Assembly: GCA_903854235.1 (NCBI GenBank)
Contig: CAINVV010000227.1
Span: 4,065-68,064 of the forward strand
DNA: 64,000 nucleotides
Direction of reading: 5' to 3'
Source of the DNA: an uncultured Bacteroidia bacterium
GTDB lineage: Bacteria; Bacteroidota; Bacteroidia; Bacteroidales; Prolixibacteraceae
Shown here: in pieces, positions 35,998 to 42,739 of the stretch
Layout: each line of letters begins with the position of its first letter
Position numbering within the stretch: the stretch's first letter is position 1
Notes under the pieces: generated by a model
What the model was told of the DNA's origin: nothing
The model's database searches: none
What the model saw: only the letters and a program-made list of their open reading frames with translations
Position numbers and translations under genes: made by a program

Positions 35998-36978
35998 TTA
36001 AATGACCTCCCTTTGAAATTTGGAAATGGATTGGCGAAGTCTTTGAAAACCTTCGTCATCCAAAGTTACCTGGTTAAAAATATCCAAAATAACCGATTCT
36101 GTTATTTTTTCGTAATCCTCATGGCGCGGGGTGATGAAGACCCCGCCAAAATCAACGGCAGCAGGACTAATGAGCAGTTGCCTGTCACCCTCCTCAAAAA
36201 ACTGGGAAGGGCGATGCAGTTTGCGCGGGAAGAGATGAATGATCCATTTCCCCTCCTTAAAATAGCTGAGCAGGTTCATCATCGGCTCCACCTTGCCCGG
36301 TTGAAGTTCTCCCAAGCTACTGGTGACGTACTCCAAAGCGGATACCCCAGCTTCCGCACGCTCAAATTCAAAGGAAATCATCTTTCTGACATAGTTTCCA
36401 AAAGCCCATATTTTTAATCCTTCCGATTGATGGAGTAGATATTCGGTTTGGATTTTTAAGGTTTCAAAATCTTCTTCGACAGGCATAAAACCATTTTCTC
36501 CGGCTTGAAAATGGAGATGGTCGGGTGCAGAAGCTCCACATTCCGGACCATTGTAAAACACGGTGTAGCCTGTCATTTGAAGGGCAAATTCCAACAGGGC
36601 GGGAAAATTTCCACTGATTAGCTGGTCTGTATGGTGAAGAAATGGAAGTGTGAAATGGATCCGAAAGATCGGAAAGGGATTGACCAGAAGCAGAAAATCG
36701 TGCCCCATCAGGAGATGTCGCTGCTCCTCAGGACGATTTTCGGTACATAAAAAGCATTTTCGTGCGGTGATGGAACCCCTGTCCACTTTGGCAGCAGAAG
36801 ATCGTATTCTTTCGGGATTGAATTGAATCCTGAACTTCCATCCATTAAGGGTTAGATCCCGCTCTACTACCTGGTCCAGGTTGCGGTAATTGTCGTACGA
36901 GAGCTTCCAGTCATGGTTTTGGTCTATCAGAAAATTTCTGTACCTGTCGTTTTTTTGTACCATTTTTTTATGCACCAT
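35998..36978 (-). CDS. DUF4922-like protein, HIT superfamily GalT/Ap4A-phosphorylase/GDP-L-galactose-phosphorylase branch
   Basis: 'FYNGPECGASAPDHLHFQAG' (HxHxQ at 36505-36519), 'IQFNPERIRS' and 'LLLVNPFPIFRIHFTL'. No signal peptide. Confidence 0.7.
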   Translation of the reverse strand: MVHKKMVQKNDRYRNFLIDQNHDWKLSYDNYRNLDQVVERDLTLNGWKFRIQFNPERIRSSAAKVDRGSITARKCFLCTENRPEEQRHLLMGHDFLLLVNPFPIFRIHFTLPFLHHTDQLISGNFPALLEFALQMTGYTVFYNGPECGASAPDHLHFQAGENGFMPVEEDFETLKIQTEYLLHQSEGLKIWAFGNYVRKMISFEFERAEAGVSALEYVTSSLGELQPGKVEPMMNLLSYFKEGKWIIHLFPRKLHRPSQFFEEGDRQLLISPAAVDFGGVFITPRHEDYEKITESVILDIFNQVTLDDEGFQRLRQSISKFQREVI

Positions 36979-38437
36979 TTTTATCCTTGTTCATCGCCTT
37001 CCTGGCAAGGAATTCGATGGTCCTGATTCTGTCTTTGTAAAGATTGTGTCCATTCATCACCTCCACGCTTAAGGAGGCATCTGAATTGTCGTCCCATCTT
37101 CGGCAAAGATAAATTGGGTCATAGATTCTGCCAATCTGGTAATGTCTCGAAATAGCCAGTCCGAGGGCATAATCTTCGCCATAATTCACATTGGGCACTT
37201 TTATACAGCGAAGGACCGGTGTATAAAAGGCTCTTGGCGCGCCTAATCCATTAATTCGCAATGCATTATTTCGGCCATTATCGGGCGTCCATTCCTTATG
37301 GTCAATGATTCCAGGCGGAATTTCCTCGAGCGCAAAGTTGACCATCTTGTAGGAACCCACCACCATGGCACATTGCTCCCTGTAAAAAGCATCCACCACT
37401 TGCTGAAGGGTCGTCTCATCGAGATAAAGATCGTCGCTGTCCAGTTGAACCGCAAATTTTCCACACAGAGGGTGCGCCGCCGCTGCATTCCAGCAACCAC
37501 CTATACCCAAATCCTTGCGGTCAGGAATGAGATGAATCAGCCTGGCATCTTTTTCGGCATATTTCTCGATAAGTTCAGTAGTCCCATCTGTCGAGTAGTT
37601 ATCGGCGATGATCAGGTTAAAAGAAAAATTGGCTTTCTGGGAGAGGACGGAGACAATGGCATCTTCGATGGTACGCACCCGGTTTCTGACCGGTATAATC
37701 ACGGATGCTTCCACGGGAAAAGACTCCGCGTTAAAGTCGACTGGGTGAAAAGTAGGCTCGAGATAGGCCCCCGAAGTTTTAAGAAAGCTGGTACAGACTT
37801 TTTCCATCTCGACCTGTACGGCCCGATTTTTGGGATCCACATAATCGAAGATTTTCTCACCAGAGAGACGAAGGTCGGATTCCTCTTCGGTATAGAGATA
37901 CTCTGGAATCCTGAAAATCGGAGCAATCAACGATAGTTGGAGGCGGAGCGCATAAAGGCCAGCACGGGAAAGTCCCTTGTCGACCTGTGCGGCTGCCATT
38001 TTGAAATACTCACTCTTGTAAAACAGGAGTGAACCAAAATTGAAATCATCCCGCAAGCCACCTTCCTGATAGTCTATCACAGGATTTACCTCGGGAATAC
38101 CTGATTTCACCGCCAGATAATTCGAATAGAGCATTCCGCTACCGGTATCTTCGGCTATTTGTACAAAGCGTTCCAGGGCAAACTGGCTCAATTTCAGCGG
38201 ACTGTGCCTAGTATAGAGCAGCATATATTCCGAACGACCTTGGGCGGCGATGGTCTGAATGGCGGATCCACTGGTCATGCTATCCGTGTAAAGCCATTCA
38301 GCACCTTCCACGTCAAAAAGGGCCTTCTCAGATCCAATCAGAAATATTTTGGCAATCAAGGCAGAACTTCTCAGTTCCCTGACTGTTGCCTTTGTCTCAT
38401 TTTCACTCCCAAAAGGGATAAAACAGGTAATCTTCAT
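36968..38437 (-). CDS. family-2 glycosyltransferase with ~240 aa N-terminal extra domain
   Basis: C-terminal half has 'ASVIIPVRNRVRTIEDAIVSVLSQ', 'IIADNYSTDGT' and 'VQLDSDDLY' (DxD). The N-terminal half starts 'KITCFIPFGSENE', which is GT-A-like but degenerate. Confidence 0.8.
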   Translation of the reverse strand: MKITCFIPFGSENETKATVRELRSSALIAKIFLIGSEKALFDVEGAEWLYTDSMTSGSAIQTIAAQGRSEYMLLYTRHSPLKLSQFALERFVQIAEDTGSGMLYSNYLAVKSGIPEVNPVIDYQEGGLRDDFNFGSLLFYKSEYFKMAAAQVDKGLSRAGLYALRLQLSLIAPIFRIPEYLYTEEESDLRLSGEKIFDYVDPKNRAVQVEMEKVCTSFLKTSGAYLEPTFHPVDFNAESFPVEASVIIPVRNRVRTIEDAIVSVLSQKANFSFNLIIADNYSTDGTTELIEKYAEKDARLIHLIPDRKDLGIGGCWNAAAAHPLCGKFAVQLDSDDLYLDETTLQQVVDAFYREQCAMVVGSYKMVNFALEEIPPGIIDHKEWTPDNGRNNALRINGLGAPRAFYTPVLRCIKVPNVNYGEDYALGLAISRHYQIGRIYDPIYLCRRWDDNSDASLSVEVMNGHNLYKDRIRTIEFLARKAMNKDKNGA

Positions 38438-38464
38438 TTGTTATAATTTTTCATGTTTTGCCTG

Positions 38465-41400
38465 CTATTTTTTATCCAGAACCCGAATCACTTGGCCAAT
38501 CAGAGCATCCCGTTCCTCCGTTGTGGATATCGTTTCGATCGGAATACCAAGAACGACGGCTGCATATTTGCCCTTGAAACAGACTCCGGCACTTTTGTTG
38601 TCCCCAAAATAGCGAAAAAGAACGGATGCCCCATTCCCGGCAGGTTCAATGGCGTCGGGCGATTCTACTTTGTAAATGGTTGGATGCCAATTGTTCACAT
38701 AGTGATAGGCTTCGATATTTTTTTCTTTCCAACCATTGACTGTGTAAATAAGACCAGATTTTGAGCCGTGGCTGGTTCGTAGCGTGTAGTGAAGGGTTTC
38801 GGCTGCGAATTTTTTTGACAGCGAATCTCCACACAACGATAGGTCTGATCCTAGATAGGCGCCAGACAACAACAACTTGGCCCCATCATAATTGGCTATT
38901 CTGGTTAAGGCAGCTCTCATCCCCGGGGTAAAAATGGTGAAGTCCCTACCGGGAAAGCCAATGGACCTGCTGGTAGTCTTCTCTTCCCCAAAAATCAGAT
39001 CTACTATCGAGAAAGAGGGGGTATTTATTTGTTGCTTTTCAAAAGCTTCGTCGCTCATTGAGATAAATCCGAATCCATTGTTTCGGAATGATTTTCCGTG
39101 AACATAGGGATAGTCGAAACTATTTCCAGGAACAATCCGGGTCTCCTGGTCTGCGTGACTGGATCCAAAACCGGAAGCATCATCATCCAGCCAAGGGGAT
39201 TTGCGGTCAAAATCATACTGCTCTCCAATGTAGGATACGTTTTTAAGGTAGGAAACTCCTTCATCTTCCGACATCAGGAAGCCTGCCTTTTTACCGTTGT
39301 CGTAGGCTGCCGGAGCACATATTCTATCGAAGCCATTGACGATAAGTACTGGTTTCTTCCCGTCGATGGGAAGGGAGCAGGCGAGAATCTCGGATGGAAA
39401 GCTCTCACCGCCTTCATTGAAGGCGGTCACTTTGAAGCTGACAATCGTCCCTGGCTTCAGATTTGTAATTGACAAGGTAGTATCCCTGACTACAATCCCT
39501 TCATCAAATCCATCATCTTCAATCCGTTTGTATACCCTGTACCCAGATGGTTTTGCGGTGGGTTCAAGCAGATCAGTTACAGGAGTCCAGGAGAGTATCA
39601 AACGATTTTCCTCCAGGTTCATGGCCATATGGTCTACTGGCAATGGCTGAACGACGTAGGGAAACCCGTTCTGATAGGAAAGAAATTTTAATATTCCTTT
39701 GTAGAAGGCACGGCAAACATCGAACTTGAACCGGGGGTCCTGGGCGAGATACATGTCCGCGAAATTCTGGTGGGAGAGCAATTCAGACAAGATGGCCGGC
39801 ACTTTGGGTCTTGCCGCCTCAAAATATTTTTTATTCCAGAGTCCTCGCCTGGTCCAGTCGGCTTTGTGCAATTTTTGCAAATCACCCACCACCTGGGATT
39901 GAACGATATCTGCAAGATCGCGGCTGGCCCATTTGGACTGTCCGTTGGGAAAAGTCTCCTTATCAAAGGAGGTATCGAAAATCATCAGGGAACCGATGAT
40001 GGAGCTGTCGGGAGTGGTTCCTGCGTCGGTATGAAAGGCCATCGACAAATCCATCGGAATGCCCATCCCTTTCACATGAGGAGCCTTGGTAGGTCCATTG
40101 GGATCACCCATCAGGTAATTGACAAATTCACCCCGGCTCATGTAGTCGTCCTTGTAGTCCTCCTTGCCGCTTTCGCGCTGGGCAAAATTGGCAGCATCAG
40201 ATCCACGGTTGGAATAATCGACCTTGGTACGGTTCAGGTTGTACACAATCGAATCGGGAAATCCTGCGTACTGGAGGTAGTACCTGGCCGCCTCCTGGTA
40301 TCGGGGGCGTTGACTGGTGAAGGGAATCCAAGCCGTTGAATCCATCTTCCAACCCTTCTTTTCGCGTAGTTCATACAATTTTTTCAGTTGAGGCTCATTC
40401 CCGCGCACGATGTTTCCAGTCCCCCCACCGAAACGCACCGCATCTGCGGAGATCATTTTCCCGGGTTCACCGGAAGAATTGGCCAGCAAAACCATTCCCC
40501 GCTCTGGATGTTTGCCTTTTTCAAATTTGAAGGTCCCAAGGTAGATCCAAGTCCCTCCACCGATCGACTGGTTTACCCTGAAGGTCGTTTGTCCACCGGC
40601 ATGGGAGATGGTGTAGCTTGCATCCGTTGCATTTTTTTCGCTTTGGAGATAGGAGATGTAAACGGCATAATAGTCTGTTTCAGGAATTTCCGGAACGTAT
40701 TTGGCAAACGCATCAGCTGTTGATTTGGCTGCGACGGTTCGGGTGTGACCAAACTGGAATGGATTTTCCCCGTCGAACAAAAAAGGATATTTGAATGCAA
40801 ATCCTGGCTGAACTGAGTTTTGCCAGTTTTCACCCTCCTCCTTGTATTCAGACCCGGGGGAAGATCCTTCTGCATCCACTACGACTTCTCTGTAGCCGAA
40901 ATCCCTTTCGCGGGGTAACCACACCGTGGCTCCGGCATTCTCGAGCATCGGAGTCAGGTAGGGAACCACAAAACCAAGCGTCCAGATATCCTCAACGGTC
41001 AGGAAATCCCTTGCCCGCTGCCATTCCCAACGATCCAGCGTGTTTTCGTAATACCATCCGTGGCTGTGCCATAGGGAGATGTTCCGGTTGTCCAGCCCTT
41101 TGGGGAACTTTACATCCCGAGTTAGGTTGCGGGCCACCTGAGCGGGTCTTGGTCTGTTCACCGTCAGACGAGCGGAGTCGATCCGGTCTGATTTGCTTCG
41201 ATAAAAATTAGGGACCAATTCTCCGATTTCTTTCCCCATGGTGGTGATGGTGAGGTTGCTTTTTTTGAATTTTCTACCGAGCAACAGCCTGTAGTCGGTG
41301 TAATATTTTTTTATATCCTCCGGTCGGAAGGGGATTTCACAGAAGGAAGGGTTCATAACCAGTTGGAGGATATCCCCCTTTGGGTTCATTTTGACGGTAT

Positions 41401-41605
41401 CCATCCTGAATTTATAGTTTGTACCCGCAGAAACTTGTATGGCAAACTCTTTGGAAGCCTCTTTGGCCTTTTTGTAAAGCCGCTGTTTCTTATCAGCCAT
41501 GGATACCTGCGTCAGCATTAGCAGGGCAAAGATCAGTAGCATTAATCTTGACAGAGGCAAAGCATATCCTTGCGTTCGATGGCAACTCAGGCGATATTTT
41601 TTCAT
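38465..41605 (-). CDS. 1046-aa exported multidomain protein: split Amidase_3-like (MurNAc-L-Ala amidase-fold) region with a large beta-rich insert, an Fn3 domain, and an unknown ~300 aa C-terminal domain
   Basis: ATG 41605 lies 8 nt after the upstream stop and gives the signal 'LMLLIFALLMLTQVSMA'. Amidase-like motifs 'LWHSHGWYY', 'TVEDIWTLGFVVPYLTPMLENAGATV', 'MAFHTDAG' and 'ILSELLSHQNFAD'. The insert contains 'GGGTWIYLGTFKF...ISADAVRF'. Fn3-like segment at about residues 655-745. Confidence 0.65.
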   Translation of the reverse strand: MKKYRLSCHRTQGYALPLSRLMLLIFALLMLTQVSMADKKQRLYKKAKEASKEFAIQVSAGTNYKFRMDTVKMNPKGDILQLVMNPSFCEIPFRPEDIKKYYTDYRLLLGRKFKKSNLTITTMGKEIGELVPNFYRSKSDRIDSARLTVNRPRPAQVARNLTRDVKFPKGLDNRNISLWHSHGWYYENTLDRWEWQRARDFLTVEDIWTLGFVVPYLTPMLENAGATVWLPRERDFGYREVVVDAEGSSPGSEYKEEGENWQNSVQPGFAFKYPFLFDGENPFQFGHTRTVAAKSTADAFAKYVPEIPETDYYAVYISYLQSEKNATDASYTISHAGGQTTFRVNQSIGGGTWIYLGTFKFEKGKHPERGMVLLANSSGEPGKMISADAVRFGGGTGNIVRGNEPQLKKLYELREKKGWKMDSTAWIPFTSQRPRYQEAARYYLQYAGFPDSIVYNLNRTKVDYSNRGSDAANFAQRESGKEDYKDDYMSRGEFVNYLMGDPNGPTKAPHVKGMGIPMDLSMAFHTDAGTTPDSSIIGSLMIFDTSFDKETFPNGQSKWASRDLADIVQSQVVGDLQKLHKADWTRRGLWNKKYFEAARPKVPAILSELLSHQNFADMYLAQDPRFKFDVCRAFYKGILKFLSYQNGFPYVVQPLPVDHMAMNLEENRLILSWTPVTDLLEPTAKPSGYRVYKRIEDDGFDEGIVVRDTTLSITNLKPGTIVSFKVTAFNEGGESFPSEILACSLPIDGKKPVLIVNGFDRICAPAAYDNGKKAGFLMSEDEGVSYLKNVSYIGEQYDFDRKSPWLDDDASGFGSSHADQETRIVPGNSFDYPYVHGKSFRNNGFGFISMSDEAFEKQQINTPSFSIVDLIFGEEKTTSRSIGFPGRDFTIFTPGMRAALTRIANYDGAKLLLSGAYLGSDLSLCGDSLSKKFAAETLHYTLRTSHGSKSGLIYTVNGWKEKNIEAYHYVNNWHPTIYKVESPDAIEPAGNGASVLFRYFGDNKSAGVCFKGKYAAVVLGIPIETISTTEERDALIGQVIRVLDKK

Positions 41606-41613
41606 AAGTGCAA

Positions 41614-42735
41614 TTAAACTTTGATAAATATTTTCTTTTTGAACAAAAAATACCCCAACAACCAGAAGAGAAAAACGTGGGATATGGCAAAGAGCAACGA
41701 TCCATTCAACTCTCCTGCCAGAGGCAGAAACACATTGTTGTACAACCAGGCTGAGCCGCTTATCATTTTCCCATTGGTCGAGGGAATCTGGATCAACCTG
41801 CCGAGAATCCTGGCCCATAATCCGGAGAAGGCAAAGATAAAAAGGGGGTTTACCCCGAACACGATAAAGAAGGAACACCAGTAGGAATATCCTTTCAAAT
41901 CGATAAGCCAGATCAACAAGGCGAGCATTAAGGAGGCCCAACCAGCAGAATATAAAACATAGGAGCTGGACCAAATTGGTTTCGAAATGGGAAAATAGAG
42001 ACCCCATAACCAGCCTGTAATCACTGCAAGAATGCCAGCCACAGCCAGCGTGAGGGGAACTTTCCCTTTGGGGGTCTCTTTGATGACGGATCCTGCCAGG
42101 TACCCAATCACCACCGTGACGATGGAGGGCAGGGTGCTGAAAATCCCCTCGGGATCGAACGGAATCCCAAAACCTCTGTAAAGATGATCTACGCCCAGCC
42201 AGGCTGTATCAAAAGGAATGGCAGGATTGCCCTGAAGGGAATATGGGTCTGTTCCTCCTCCCCAAGCAACCAATCCCCAATATAGGAGGAGGATCAATCC
42301 GCTTGCAAAAGGCAAATATTTCTTGTTCATGGATAAAACGAGCAAAGCTGCCAGTCCGTAGGCCAACGCAATCCGCTGCAAAACTCCCATGATTCTCAAA
42401 TGGGCATAGTCAGCACTCCATTGGGGAAAAGAATTCAAGAAGAGGCCTATCGCAAAGATCAAAAGGGTGCGTTTCCCTATTTTCAGCAGGGATTCCTTGT
42501 TCAATCGGTTGCCATATTTGGAGAATGAAAAAAACATGGAAGCCCCGACCACAAAAAGAAAGAAGGGAAATACCAGATCAGTTGGAGTACACCCCTGCCA
42601 GGCAGCATGTTCCAGGGGAGCATATATATGTGCCCAGCTACCGGGATTGTTGACGAGAATCATCAATGCCACGGTCATCCCCCGAAGTACATCCAGGGCA
42701 AGATACCTTTGGTTGTTTGGTGATATGTTTTCCAT
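41614..42735 (-). CDS. DUF5009/DUF1624 membrane acyltransferase (heparan-alpha-glucosaminide N-acetyltransferase-like, NagX-like)
   Basis: 'RYLALDVLRGMTVALMILVNNPGSWAHIYAPLEHAAWQGCTPTDLVFPFFLFVVG' plus about 10 further hydrophobic segments. Confidence 0.78.
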   Translation of the reverse strand: MENISPNNQRYLALDVLRGMTVALMILVNNPGSWAHIYAPLEHAAWQGCTPTDLVFPFFLFVVGASMFFSFSKYGNRLNKESLLKIGKRTLLIFAIGLFLNSFPQWSADYAHLRIMGVLQRIALAYGLAALLVLSMNKKYLPFASGLILLLYWGLVAWGGGTDPYSLQGNPAIPFDTAWLGVDHLYRGFGIPFDPEGIFSTLPSIVTVVIGYLAGSVIKETPKGKVPLTLAVAGILAVITGWLWGLYFPISKPIWSSSYVLYSAGWASLMLALLIWLIDLKGYSYWCSFFIVFGVNPLFIFAFSGLWARILGRLIQIPSTNGKMISGSAWLYNNVFLPLAGELNGSLLFAISHVFLFWLLGYFLFKKKIFIKV

Positions 42736-42739
42736 CTTG

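Noticed and set aside
41606-42007. 134-codon N-terminal extension of the giant ORF (the track gives 38465..42007, 1180 aa).
   Set aside because: The extension lies entirely inside the DUF5009 acyltransferase gene (41614-42735) in another frame and is arbitrary in composition. ATG 41605 sits 8 nt after that gene's stop and yields a proper signal peptide.
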